A program made the translations under genes and the position numbers. Positions 13,801 to 26,717 of a stretch of 64,000 nt of DNA are shown here, piece by piece (within the stretch, counting starts at the first letter, position 1; each line of letters starts with the position of its first letter). The notes under the pieces were generated by a model that worked only from the letters and a program-made list of their open reading frames with translations, was not told the origin of the DNA and did not search any database. Source of the DNA: Squalus acanthias (taxonomy: Eukaryota). The stretch spans positions 131,566,001-131,630,000 of the forward strand of contig CM059432.1 of the NCBI GenBank assembly GCA_030390025.1. Direction: 5' to 3'.

Positions 13801-14358
13801 GTGAGAGCAAAGTGTTAAATTGGTAAATTTGAAGCAGGCCATCATCGCTCCCATTTCAACTTTCACAATTTATAAACCTAAATTTATATGGTAATCCGAT
13901 ACTATCTTAAATGCGCAAAATGTAGTGTGAAATAGTAAAATCTTCCGTTACTAAAACATGAAATGATTGATCGATCAATTATATGTTTTACTGAAAGTCT
14001 ATGTGGCTGTTTGGCGGAGCAGCTCGAGTCTGCGGGGCCTCCGCGAGAGGTGTTCTCTTTTTAGTGTGCTGCGTATGGGAGCCCGAGGCTTCACAAGGCC
14101 TGAACTAAAATCGCGTGCCATTACCTGGGGTCCTTGTGCTTCAGGCTCCATTCCCGTGTCCTAAGACGGTAATGAGAGCCCCCCTGCCATCGTACTCTGG
14201 GTACCGGGAGAGGAAAGACGCGGTGCCAGTTCGATGAGCAGCCATGACTCGACTCAGACTAATGTGCAGCTCGATCTCTGGCTTCCGTTCTATTTCTGGC
14301 TGGATACAATGAACTGGCGGGCTGGATACGACCTGTGGGCCGTATTTAGCCCACCACG
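10845..14358. mobile_element. hAT (Charlie-like) non-autonomous DNA element hosting a CR1 insertion
   Basis: Left end TTCTAGAA|CAGGGGTGGGCAA (NTCTAGAN target consensus); degraded right end GGGCCGTATTTAGCCCACCACG; right TSD not intact. Confidence 0.55.
11140..13730 (+). mobile_element. CR1 LINE ORF2 (APE endonuclease C-part, RT, 3' tail), frameshifted
   Basis: GVFYRPPNS, VILGDFNYP, MDFRKAFDKVPH, SGVPQGSVLGPLLF, FADD, LVRPQLEYCVQFW; CR1 tail near 13690-13730. Confidence 0.95.
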
Positions 14359-14574
14359 AGAAGAACACTGACCGCTACATAGTGAATACTTTAACAAGAC
14401 GATAGGAAAGTTGTGTACTACTGTAACACACCACATCTTGCATGTACACAACATTTTACTACCTTCAGAAACAGGTGGAACATCAGCCCAGGCCAGTTTT
14501 CCATATGACAGGCACTAGGTCACCAGGATCCAAAATTATATCTACGAACTTCTAGCTTGTATAATGGTATTCAT

Positions 14575-14952
14575 CATGGCTGACACTCCAGTGCAGTGCT
14601 GAGGGAGTGCTGCACTGTCGGAGGTGCCGTCTTTTGGATGAGACGTTAAACCGAGGCCCTGTCTGCTCTCTCAGGTGGACGTAAAAGATCCCATGGCACT
14701 ATTTCGAAGAAGAGCAGGGGAATTACCCCCAGTGTCCTGGCCAATATTTATCCCTCAACCAACATGACAAAAACAGATTATCTGGTCATTATCACATTGC
14801 TGTTTGTGGGAGCTTGCTGTGCGCAGATTAGTTGCCACGTTTCCCACATTACAACAGTGACTACACTCCAGAAAAAGTACCTCATTGGCTATAAAGCGCT
14901 TTGAGGCATCTGGCGGTCGTGAAAGGCGCTATATAAATGCAAGTCTTTCTTT
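14575..14952 (+). mobile_element. Deu-domain SINE (SacSINE1-like)
   Basis: GAGGGAGTGCTGCACTGTCGGAGGTGCCGTC...AAAGGCGCTATATAAATGCAAGTCTTTC. Confidence 0.82.
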
Positions 14953-15046
14953 TATAGCAAATTATACATTTCTATTCTGCATATATCTCAGTTTTGTTTT
15001 GAATTTACAGAATATATATTATTAGAGAATTTTTTTTAAATTGCAG

Positions 15047-15142
15047 GCATACATCGAAACTCTTCAGACACAGTGGAGTTGGATTCTCCAGCTTACCAAA
15101 TGCATTGAGGTTCATCTGAAAGAAAACTCCAATTACTTTCAG
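15047..15142 (+). CDS. DSP: Desmoplakin exon (exon 9 equivalent), 96 nt
   Basis: ttgcAG acceptor; AYIETLQTQWSWILQLTKCIEVHLKENSNYFQ; donor GTATAC. Confidence 0.95.
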
Positions 15143-15512
15143 GTATACTGACCAGTAACAGATCAAATGTAACTTAAGTTTGAAAATACTACGTGTTCTG
15201 TCAAGTGGGATAGTTGTAGAGCTATTGCATTGCTTGCTTTACTATAACAGATGTTTTAACTTCGGAGAATGGGGAGGTGGAAGAAGGTTGTTCATTTTTG
15301 CCCTGTGGATTAGCACCCTCAATCAGTCAAACTGTGGCACCAAGGAATGTTAGATGGACCTTCTATTTTAAAGTGGGAAAAGGCAGTTTAAGAAAATGGT
15401 TAGGTGGGTAAGAGATAGAAATTAATTGGCTAAACGGCACTCTTCACTACACATCTGTGATTCTGTTCTTGCTCATGCTATTATATTAACTTGCGCTCTT
15501 TTCGTTTTATAG

Positions 15513-15638
15513 TTTTTTGAGGATGCTCAAGCAACTGAAAACTCATTGAAGAAAATGCAGGACTCCCTAAGAAAGAAATTTACCTGTGATAGGTCAACAT
15601 CACTGCAGCAATTGGAGAAGATGATTGCAGAATCCGAG
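15513..15638 (+). CDS. DSP: Desmoplakin exon (exon 10 equivalent), 126 nt
   Basis: ttatAG acceptor; FFEDAQATENSLKKMQDSLRKKFTCDRSTSLQQLEKMIAESE; donor GTGCTC. Confidence 0.93.
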
Positions 15639-16543
15639 GTGCTCCATTTATAATTTTAAAGCAGAGACATTTTTTTGTAGGCCGACATTAGGTGAATGTC
15701 AGAGTGTTAATTGTCAGATCTTCACATGAGGCTTAAACATATTGGGTCTGATTTTTGTGACCTTTGCCCTGTGGAGCACCCGTTCTCCAGATGTAATGGG
15801 GTAGAGATCTATTATGCTGTGTGTTGTTCCCACCCCCCGACCCTTGCGATGCCCAGGATTTCCCAGGGAAGAGGGGAGGTAGGCCTCCAATGATGCCATG
15901 CAAAAGAGGCTGGAGAAGGTGTTCCTGATGCTGCTACCTCAATTCCCTCTTCTGTTGGTTGGGTGGCTATTTTCAGGAAGTTTGCATTGGGCTTTAGACT
16001 GATGCTCCTATTAAATTGGGGGATCTGGTTGCAAGGTTCGTAGGTAGGTGAGAAATCATTTTTTTTTAGCAGGCCAAGTTTGCTCTTCAGCTCCAGAGGT
16101 CTCCGACTGGTGTTCTCAAAGAGTAACCAGAAACCCTGAAGGTTGAAGGCGAGACCTGTAACTGCATTTTGCTTCTCTGTTTTCTGGTGCTGGGCCCTGC
16201 CAAGACACTGGCCTGCACCAGGGATGCCTCTGGTCATATTAACAGCCTGTGACACCAAGCTCAGCCTGGCCAGAGGGGTGGGGTCAAAGAAATCTGAGCA
16301 ATTAACTTTGTGAGTTGTTGCTTTTGTTTTAATTCTTTTTAGAATGCTACAGTATGAGACATTATTAGCCTGTATTCAAGCATACAAATTGAATGATTTC
16401 TATGTACATGCAGTCTTAGACTTCTCAACCTCTACTGTAATGCAGTAACACATTTACAGGAAGATGTGATCCTCAAAGTGACCATACTATCTGGGTTTGA
16501 GTTTTTCATTTATTATGTATGCTTTCTCTGTTTACCTTGGCAG

Positions 16544-16708
16544 AAGGATAAAGAAAAAATCCATGAGTACAAAAGACAGGTGTCAAACTTGGTAAACAAA
16601 TCAAAGAAGATAGTGCAGCTGAAACCACGCAATTCACCTATTAGTACTGATCAACGGGCTCCAAACCAAATCATTCTCAAGGCTCTTTGTGACTACAAAC
16701 AGGATCAG
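16544..16708 (+). CDS. DSP: Desmoplakin exon (exon 11 equivalent), 165 nt, start of SH3 domain
   Basis: ggcAG acceptor; KDKEKIHEYKRQVSNLVNKSKKIVQLKPRN...IILKALCDYKQDQ; donor GTATAG. Confidence 0.94.
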
Positions 16709-17580
16709 GTATAGTTCAGTCATTTTTGTAAATCTTTAAAACAGCTAGTGTACAGTGGGATTTCTGTTCAAGTGCTGAGAATTGGCAGGTAGATTACATT
16801 TGTTGCAGGTAGTTGGACTAATAAAGCATTCTCATTGTTGAATGCATTATGGGAATGTACTTGCTTTATCGTGGTATCACAGTGGAACGTGAAGGATATG
16901 TCCAGTCAAAATGAGAAACTACACGTTGTGTAATTTTGTTGATTAGAAAATTGAAAGTATTCAAAAAATTTCCTCAATGCTAATGAATTGAGCGTCATAA
17001 AACCAGTTCCATTAAATGTTATATCTCTGAATTTACCATGATTGATTTCCTTTTGTATCTTTTTCCCATATTTGTGTAATTAATTGTAAAATGATTTATG
17101 AAAATATGGTGACCTTGAAACAATCAGATCATGTTATAATTAATCCTTTGGGTGCTGTGACCAGGTAACCAATCTTTGGATTTAAACCAATAAAGTTACT
17201 TGTGACATTAATGAAATATTCATTTGAGCCTGAGGTTACATTTACTTTAAAATTAGTGTCAATGCAAAACAGTTATGCTAAAGTTTTAGCGTAAATCTGA
17301 TCTAGAGTCAAGTCAGGCCCTGTGTTGTCATTACGATTTCGGTGAATGGTAATGGTGGGTGTGTGTACCTTATTTATGCTGTGAAAATCACCAAGCAGTA
17401 TAGTTAGTTTATAAGATTTGTCTGCTGAGCTTAGGTTATGTCTGTAGAATTTCTTTTTGCTTTATATAACACCAGATTGCTGTACAATTTATACATTAGT
17501 GACTGGTGGGAACAATTTGAGGTTATGAATTTAAAAAAGTATCTCCCAGGAAGCCTTTCACCAAACATTAAAGTGTGTTT

Positions 17581-18529
17581 ACAAAAGCAAAATACTGCAG
17601 ATGCTGGAAATCTGAAATAAAAACAGAAAATGCCGGAAATACTCAGCAGGTCAGGCAGCATCTGTGAAGACAGAAATAATGTAAGAGGCCGAGGACAGAG
17701 AGAACAGCGTGGGAGTGGAGTGGAGAATTAAAGTGACAGGTGACTGGAAGCTCGGGGTCACTCTTACGGACTGAATGGAGGTGTTCTGCAAAGTGGTCAC
17801 CCAATCTACGTTTGGTCTCCCCAATGTAGAGGAGACCGTGTCGTGAGCAGCGAATACAGTATATACTAAATTGCAAGAAGTACAAGTAAATCGCTGTTTC
17901 ACCTGGAAGGAGTGTTTGGGGCCCTGGACAGTGGGAAGGGAGGAAGTAAAAGGGCAGGTGTTGTGAAACACCTCCGTTCAGTCGATAAGCATGACCCCGA
18001 GCTTCCAGTCGCCTGCCACTTTAATTCTCCACTCCACTCCCACTCTGACCTCTCTCTCTCCTTGGCCTCTTACACTGTTCCAATGTAAGCTTGAGGAACA
18101 GCACCTCATCTTTCGATTAGACACTTTACAGCCTTCTGGACGCAACATTGAGTTCAACAATTTCAGACCATAACCTCTGCCCCTATTTTTTTTCACATGG
18201 CTGCTGTTGATGATTCTGCCATTCCCATTTACACTGCTTCTAGACTCATCTTTTGTTTCTTTACTGGTCCCATTGCCATCTCATTTTTCTTTGTACAATC
18301 ATACCTTTTGTCATTTAATCACTCCTGCCTTCCACCCTATCACAGACCTTCCCTTTTGTTCTTTCCTCCAGTCCCCCCTTTCCCTGCCCCTGCACTTGCT
18401 TAAAATCTGTTACATCTCTAACTTTTTCCAGTTCTGACGAATGGACACTGGCCTGAAACATTAACTGTTTCTCTCTCCACAGATGCTGCCTGACCTGCTG
18501 AGTATTTCCAGCATTTTCTGTTTTTATTT
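17581..18529. mobile_element. Penelope-like retroelement with inverted (minus then plus) halves, GIY-YIG endonuclease remnant
   Basis: CIRCSRHGLLYIGETKRRLGDHFAEH on minus strand; inverted 3' ends at 17610-17666 and 18478-18529; AAGTGTGTTT repeated at 17571-17580 and 18530-18539. Confidence 0.85.
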
Positions 18530-18697
18530 AAGTGTGTTTGGTTTAAGTAAGGTGTTCCCTATAGCATACTGGAACCAATATGCTAAATAGTGACCAAAAT
18601 GTACTTCATTGTACATTCCTTGAGGAAACATCATAAATGTTTTAAAATAATTTTGCTACAATTCTAATAATCCTCTTTTAACTTGCTTTATTTTTAG

Positions 18698-18852
18698 AGG
18701 GTTGTCCATAAGGAAAATGAATGCATTTTATTGGACAACTCACAACGCAGCAAGTGGAGGGTGATAGGACCTGGTGGAATGGAAATGATGGTTCCATCTG
18801 TTTGTCTTCTCATCCCACCTCCAAATACTGGTGCAATTGAGCTTGCAAACAA
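18698..18852 (+). CDS. DSP: Desmoplakin exon (exon 12 equivalent), 155 nt, SH3 domain
   Basis: ttttAG acceptor; RVVHKENECILLDNSQRSKWRVIGPGGMEMMVPSVCLLIPPPN; donor GTATGA. Confidence 0.94.
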
Positions 18853-18954
18853 GTATGAAACTACATCCGTTGTTTTTTTTTCAAGTTATGAATACAGTTT
18901 GGATGCTTTCTTGATGAATGTTAAATGGTGCTTTATTTTGTCTTTTGAAATCAG

Positions 18955-19081
18955 AATTGATCAGTACTATGAGGCTATTCTTTCTCTGTGGAATCAATTA
19001 TATATTAACATGAAGAGCTTGGTATCTTGGCAATACTGCATGATGGATGTCGAGAAGATACGTAGTTGGACTATGTCAGTG
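18955..19081 (+). CDS. DSP: Desmoplakin exon (exon 13 equivalent), 127 nt
   Basis: aatcAG acceptor; IDQYYEAILSLWNQLYINMKSLVSWQYCMMDVEKIRSWTMSV; donor GTAAGG. Confidence 0.95.
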
Positions 19082-19710
19082 GTAAGGACTCAAAACTTTT
19101 TTTAAAATGTGTGTATTTTTGAAATCTTATCTGTTTGGAGGAGCTTCACAGTAGCAAGTGAGGCAATACATTATACTGAAAATATCAAAATGTATGCCAT
19201 TTCAGTATTGGTTAATAAGAGACTAAAGTCCCACATTAGCCATGCACAACACACCTATTGGGGACAAAACCAGTTTTCTCGAGAAAGCAAGGAAAGACCA
19301 TGACCTGTCCTGCTGTGATGAACCTCCTGTCCCAATTAGCTTGTGGTATAGGCTGTAGTGTCAAAAGAGCATGTCTGCTTTCCATTGGGCATGATGAATG
19401 GTACCGAGGCACCTAAAAGATTGGAGAAATTAACATAAAATGGGGACGATGAGAAGAAAAAATGAGAAATGGTTCATATTTTCTATTTACTCAACATTTA
19501 TAGCTATTGGAGAAATTGTTGACCTCCTCCCCTGCTAGAAGTGTGTATCAGAAACAAGAGATTGTGTTACACCTGATTTTCCTATCATTTCATTTAAATG
19601 GTGGTAAAATCGCACGCAGTTCACCCCAGATAGCTGATGTGCCATCGCAGTGGGGGAGGTGACCTGCCAGAAAATGTATCCCTTGCAAGTAATCTTTGTT
19701 TTGCTTTCAG

Positions 19711-19912
19711 TTACGGACAATGTCTCGTGAGGATTATGAGCTGGTCATAAAAAACCTGGAAAAGAACTTTCAAACTTTCCAGATGTACAGTAAGGATTCG
19801 CAATACTTTACTGACTCCGATAAGAGAACACTGGAATCTGACTTTGGCTCCAGCAAGAAGCACTACGTAAACTTGGTGACCGTTTTGGAGGAAGAAAGAA
19901 TTCATGGGCATG
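19711..19912 (+). CDS. DSP: Desmoplakin exon (exon 14 equivalent), 202 nt
   Basis: tttcAG acceptor; LRTMSREDYELVIKNLEKNFQTF...; donor GTTTGT, phase 1. Confidence 0.9.
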
Positions 19913-19999
19913 GTTTGTAACATTTACTATGATGCATTGTGTTTACTTAAGGAATTGTACAAATTATGATTATTCTTTTGAATGATAAAAGTAATGAGC

Positions 20000-21715
20000 G
20001 GTGCAAAGAAAGGAATATGATTTGAAAAAAACTTGTAATGATTATCAAAGCTAAAAGTAAAAGTTTTTATAAATATATTAAGAGAAAGGCTGGTAAGGGA
20101 GAATGTGGACCCATTAAGACAGATGCAGGTGAGACTATAATGGACAATAAGGAAATGGCAGACTTGTTAAATCGATAATTTATATCCATTTTAACATTAG
20201 AGGAAGACAAAATACCAGTGGTACAAGGGAACCTAAAATAAGTGATGGTGAGGAGCATTCATATAAATAAATTTTAAAAATAAGGGAGAAAATAATGGGA
20301 CTTAAGATAAACAAATCTTCAGGATCTGACTGTTTCCACCTCTGGGTATTAAAAGAAATAGGTGAGGAAATTGTAGGTGCATTAGTCATAATTTTCCAAA
20401 GCGCTCTAGATTCAGGAATTGTTTCTATGGATTGGAAAATTGTAAATGTCACTCCATTATTTAAGAAGGGATGGGGCGGGGGGCAGAAACCAGGAAACTA
20501 CAGGCCTGTCAGTTTTAACATCAGTTGTGGGGAAGTTATTGAAATTTATCTGAAATCTATCATCTGGGACAGAGTGGCTGAGCACTTGAACAAGTATGAG
20601 CGAATCAAAGAGAGTCAGCATGGATTTGTGAAGGGTAAGCCATCTTTGACGAAACTAGTTGAATTTTTTGAGGGGAAGTCACTAACGTGGTGGATAGGGG
20701 AGTTTCTATGAATGTTGTCTATATGGACTTGCAGAGGGCATTTGATGAGGTTCCACAAGATTATTAGAAGGAATAAAAGCACACTGAATTGGGGTAACCT
20801 TGTGACATGTATTGGTAATTGTTTGGAAGGTAGGGATAATGGGAATGTACTCTGATTGGCGGAATGTGACGAGCAGTGTTGCCCAGGTATCTGTCCTCCA
20901 CTTTAGATATAGGCCATTCAGCCCATTTTTGTCTTTTTTTTTAATGTTTACCGACCTTCCTGCCAGTGGAAACAGTTTGTCCCTATCTACTCCGTCGAAA
21001 CCCTCAATTTTGAACATCTCTATTAAATCTCCCCTTTACCTTCCCTGTTCTAAGGAGATCAATGCCAGCTTCTCTAGTCTCTCCAGATAACTGAAACCCT
21101 GCATCCCTGGTACCATTCTAGTAATCAACAACTTGGATGAAAGAATAGTGTGTTGTATTTGCAGATGACACCAAGTTAAGGAGGCACAGTAAGTTGTGTA
21201 GATAGGAGCATTGAGTGGACAAAATTGTGGCAGATGGTATTCAATGTGCTGAAGTGTGAGGTCATGTATTTTGGATCCAAGAATAACGTATCAGATTATT
21301 TCTTAAATGGCGAGAGACTAGGAGCTGCGGAGGAGCAAATGGATTTGGGTGTCCATGTACACCGATCACTAAAAGTGCACAGGCCCAAAAATAATCAATG
21401 GAATGTTGACCTTTATCTCCAGGAGGCTGGAATACAATGGGGAGGAAGTTATGCTTCAATTGTATAGAGCCTTGGTCAGACACCATCTGGAGTATTTTGG
21501 GCACCGTACCTCGGGAAGGATATATTGGCCTTGGAAGGGGGTACGATGCAGATTCACCAGCATGATATCGACTCTTATGAGGTTAAATTATGAGGACAGG
21601 TTACATGAACTTGGCTTGTATTTCCTTGAGTTTAGATAGTTGAGGGTGATCTAATTAAATTCAGGAAGTACTTTTTCCACACAAAGTGTAGTGGAAATCT
21701 GGAACTCCTACCAGG
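20000..21715 (+). mobile_element. Old degenerate CR1 LINE ORF2 with nested minus-strand CR1 piece (about 20905..21125)
   Basis: DWKIVNVTPLFKKG...PGNYRPVS, SQHGFVKGK, LQLYRALVRHHLEY; many stops. Confidence 0.85.
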
Positions 21716-24198
21716 GGGCATAACATTTTACTTGGGCAGTGACCACATTTTGGGCCAAGATGGTGGAGGGGTTCCTCTCAAAGCTAAATGTAAAGCAGCT
21801 TACTTGAAAGTTCACATTTTATCATGCATACTAATGTTCTGATTGGATAACAAAAGATGATGAGCATTTTGGTGTTTGTGTTCCAAGTTGTTTTGGAGAT
21901 GTTGATTCCATAGCCAGTTGTACTACTTTTGTATTCTCCTAATTCTTTTTGGAGATTGACTGACTGAATTAGGATTCTGTCTCTGAATGGAAAACCGCCA
22001 CCCAATGTACCCCACTATTTTCTTTCTGACTTGGTGTTGCTTTGAGATACATAATTTGTACGTGTTACATTGCGTTAATTGTTGTGCTGGATGTCTGATT
22101 GGTACTTCCTTCACTTAAAAAAAAAAAGTTGCTCCATTAAGAGCACATAATGGAGTGGACTACAATCACTATCAAGATAGTAGCATAGACATTTCTTGAT
22201 CATTTTTCAATTATTCACTTCCTTCTCCCCTCTTCCTGGAGGCCTGATGTCGATGTTTATTTGTATGCCTGATTTGGACGACTTTCAAAAAAGATAGACC
22301 ATAGGAAAAAGTGCACCCTGCTTGCTGGGAGGATATATTGGGAATGTGCGTGAGACGCCCTGCTGAGAGCATGCTTTTGTAAAATCTGCCTTCCTATGTA
22401 CACTAGATAAACCTCATGTTTTTAGAAGAGTGAAGTATAACAAAAGCATCTAATGCTGTTAGCTTTGTGAGTGTATATACCAATAAAACTGATTAGATGA
22501 ACTGCATTGTTGAAGTCGATAACTCTCACTTTTGTTTTACTTTTCTCTCAGACTATCAAAGTATTAAGTGAATATTGAAGTAACCAGAATAGAAATTTGT
22601 AATTTTTTTTGAGTACCTTATTCTGCTTTTTTCTTAATTGTTTTCACATTTACGTCTTCTCGCTCAAGGAAGTGATGGTCCAGTAGTGTTCATAAATGTA
22701 TTACCCATCAAAATTCTGAGGCAGCTTTTATTAGAACAAAGGAGATTACATGATGATTGATGTTTAAAATTATGAAGGGATATGAGAGAATAAATAGAAA
22801 TACACTGTTTCCAGTGATTAAGGGACATATAATGAGGTGTCATAGATGTAAGATTAAGTGTAAGAGAATTGGGACAAAGAGCAACACAAGCTTTATTACT
22901 CAGATTGTTGTGAGGCTGTGGAATGTGTTCTTCAATTGAGTAGATTAATCCAAATCAACTTGATTTTATTAATATTACAAGCAAGTCTATACATCTATAT
23001 ACTTACAAGTAGGGTATCCACTAAGGACTACTAACCCAGGTGAGTTGTCAGTGAAAAATAACAAAGTAGTACTGAAAGCGATCCTATTTATACAGTCAGC
23101 GAACTGAGCAACATCAAATGACTTGCTCCTATCAATTCTGAGCTTAGTCATGTGATCCTTATCATGCTACTACACCAGTAGATGGCAATGTTGCACCACA
23201 TATACTTCATTCTTACCAGAATGTCAAAGACATTTTATTTCTCATCAGTAAAAGATAAGAGGATTTTGAAAGTTGGAGGCCAGATCAGGAGAGTGGTGGG
23301 AGTCGAGGAAAGGTCAGAAGACTAACGGGAGTTGGAGCCGGGTCAAGAGATCATGATGAAATCGGGCTGCCAGCAAAGAAAAAAACCCCGGTCATGTTCA
23401 GAGAGAGAAAACAATCTTGCCCCAAATTCACTGACAATTAATGCTCACGTACTGAATCACCCTGCTCTCAGATGTTATGTAGCATTGAAGTATTTTAACT
23501 ATTTACTGTGTGAATTAAAAAATATATATGCCAAAAGGACTAGTGGGAGTCAACCTGGCAGCAGCCGATTTTAACAGGGAAAGATGAACTGTCAATTTTG
23601 TACCTATTTTAATTTACTAAAGATGTTTCATTTATGGTGGATAATCAAGGTTGCAGTGTTTTAATTTACACTCTGGCTAGAGGACATGCTTGCAAAATTA
23701 GCAAGTCTCAAGCAAGACTAGAGATTTAAAAATGTTTGTTCTCCCCTCTCTTTCCCCCCCACCCCCCCTTAAAGAATAGTGGAGTAAAAACAATTTGCGT
23801 CAAGATTAACTTCATAAAAGAGCAGAGTAACTACCTGGTTAGGAATGGAATTGAAGAAGAGAATAGATAAGTTAATCAAATGCCATATGAAATAGGGTGT
23901 TTCCTGTATTGATGGGACTGTATGAATCACATATGGAATGCAGCTAGACACATTTGTACAAGTAGGTTGAAAGTTTGCATTCATATTCTAGAGCTTTGCT
24001 TGTTTCTTTTGTTTTTGGGGGGGGGTGGGGTTGTTGAAGGAAATTTGCATTATCTTTTTGGAGGTTTTACTTGTTTTGTGGATGGTTGCCTGCTTCAGGA
24101 GACTGAATGAGTAGGGTCCATGATGAAGCAAATTCTATGTGGTCTGTGGAGGTAATGGCCTTCATAGAATAATGGCTTTTTCTGATCGCAAACTTTAG

Positions 24199-24404
24199 GT
24201 TCTCCAGTAATAGTACAAACAGTAGCACCAGCAGTAACAGCACTGCAACCAACACTGCCAAAGGTAGACACGAGTTTCCAACAGGAACTCCAGAAGATAC
24301 GTTGCCGTTTGGAGCAGAATGAACATAAAATGATGCAAAAAATACATCTCCTCATTGATTCTGATGCGCATGAGGACTTTGCACAAAGGATGTCTGAGTT
24401 GGAG
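24199..24404 (+). CDS. DSP: Desmoplakin exon (exon 15 equivalent), 206 nt
   Basis: ctttAG acceptor (alternative in-frame AG 9 nt downstream); SPVIVQTVAPAV...QELQKIRCRLEQNEHKM...RMSELE; donor GTAAGC. Confidence 0.87.
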
Positions 24405-24869
24405 GTAAGCATGAAGTACAGTATTAACAATCTGTGAAATTTTAACTTTAAAAATAACTTCTAACTTAAAACTTCACTGTTTATTTCTTTTCTGTGTTTA
24501 TTGATGGATTTTATCAATGTAATCTGTTAATACTGTGTGCCAGACAAATATTGATCACAGCAGGACTCTCAGAATAATGAGTCATTTGGGAGAGGAGACA
24601 TGTTTCATTCAAGTAGGTCAGATTTGAACTTGGGTTCCAGAGCTTAAAGAAATGTTTTAACCATTGGACCAGCAATGTCAGGGTAAGCAGCATTCGTGAA
24701 GGGCAACCAAACCTCTCCTATTTAATTTTTTTGGCTTTATTAGCTTCTTACTGAGTAAATTCACCAGATAGCATATTTTACCATTTGAATATTTAAAAAC
24801 AAGAGGGAAAAGACAAAAGTAAAGGAAGAGATAGAGAAATGATGGTGAGAGAAACAGAAGTACAAAGCA

Positions 24870-24965
24870 CCGATGAAAGGTCACAGACCTGAAGTGTTGG
24901 CTCTGTTTCTCTCTCCACAGATGCTGCCTGGCCTGCTGAGTGTTTCCAACATTTTCTGTTTTTTA
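24870..24965 (+). mobile_element. Penelope-like 3' end fragment
   Basis: GATGAAAGGTCACAGACCTGAA...CTCTCCACAGATGCTGCCTGGCCTGCTGAG, similar to 18435-18529. Confidence 0.65.
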
Positions 24966-26032
24966 GTACAAAGCACTTCTTGGCTGGGTCAGAGATATTT
25001 AATGATTGACCATTTTGAATCAGCAGGCACTGCCTGTGCCTTTGGCAAACTTCAGCTGAATGTAAATCACAGCTTCCGTCTGATCTATAATGCTGCATTA
25101 CAGCAGTGTTAGTGCTGTATTTCTCCTAACATTTATGATTACAAAATAAAATGGGAAGTTATTTTGCATTGTAATAAAGTAGATTTGGAGAGAACTGGGT
25201 GGTGCAATCCTCTTTGAAACTATCAGGCAGATTTTCCTCTATTGTGCTTGGGGATAAATAATTGGCTGAGCAGAGCACTTAGAGGAAAATTGGACAGTAA
25301 TGATGACTGCACATTATCTTTCCCTTCATTTAAATGGTAGGAAAATTAGGCAGGCTCCACTTATGCACCACCCCCACCCTACCTAATTTTCATTTCTGCA
25401 CTGCACCCAGCTGATTATTTATATCCAAGCACAACAATGGAAAATCTGCCACTCGAGCTGTATTATTAACAAACTGTCTTTTCCCCTCTCAAACTCCAAC
25501 CCAGACTAAATGGGATGAAAGCTTCCTCTCTCTGCCAGGTGCAGAGGTCTATGTGAAATGATTTTAGTCGGTCTGAAGCCAGTTCCTAATGCATGCAGGC
25601 CTGCTACAGCATAAAACCACCCCTAATTCAACACTAATTTTCAATTTCAAAGTTTGAAATGGAAGTACCATGCTGGTGCCATACGTGTTCTCATCTGAGC
25701 TTGGCCTAAGGTATGTAAAGGCAGAATAGAGGGAGCTTTATGCTACAAATGGCTGTACTCTATCTTATAGGCTGTCTTGAGGCTGACAATGCATTGAAAT
25801 TGGATTCTTCAAGTATTGGCATATCTTAAAAAGTTCCTTTTTTATCTGGCATTTTTAATGGAGGTGTTGACGTGTTTATTTTAAATGGGTTGAACCTTAT
25901 CAATAATTATCAATATTCAAGAACCTTAGGTGAGAGATTCTGCTTTAAAATTAATGGATAGAAAATCACAGGCTGGGGGTGTGCAATTTGTGGTATATGC
26001 CTGGAGCGCCAAAGTGGATGATTTTCCATCTA

Positions 26033-26397
26033 CAGGAAACTCTTTATTAACCGGGACCGGCGTGGTGCTGGTTTATCGAAAGTACCGGATAACGGAGAGT
26101 TATATCTACCGAGGCTATTTTTAACAAAGAAAAATAAATAAATCAAGAAATGTGCAGTATACAGTATTTGGGTACTTTTGAAAACTACCCCTACTGACTA
26201 AATCGGCGTTCTCGGACTCGGGATCGGCAACATTGCCGGTTATTTGAGAGGAGTTTTCGGAGTACTCGGCGTTCGCGGAGACTCGACTGCGACTCGGCAA
26301 CATTGCCGGTTATTTGAGAGGAGTTTTCGGAGGATGATTTTTGCCAGTTAAGCGAGAATTCCGGATATTTGGGTGCCGGATAAACAAAAGTTTCCTG
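26033..26397. mobile_element. Tc1/mariner (Tigger-like) MITE
   Basis: TA|CAGGAAACTCTTTATTAACCGG ... CCGGATAAACAAAAGTTTCCTG|TA imperfect TIRs with TA duplication; internal 39 nt direct repeat. Confidence 0.8.
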
Positions 26398-26717
26398 TAA
26401 TTTCAAGACTTGGGTGTGTGAAATAGGAAAGTGCGCCATTAAACAATGCTAACAACTCTTACCTTGATGGGTACAGAATTCACCAAAATAAACTCACGAA
26501 ATACAATTGGGCAATTAAGTAACAGACCACTTGCTGGTTGATTAGTCTTTGCGTGTGCCACCTTATAAATAGTGCTTACATCAAGCTTCTAGACTTCATT
26601 TGAAAGCTACCCTGAATTCCTGAAGCCTAATTTTGTTTTTTTAAATCTGAAGTTAATGTTGAACACTACCACTTTGTTTCCATTCTAATTTATTTTTTTC
26701 ACTTTTGATTTTGACAG

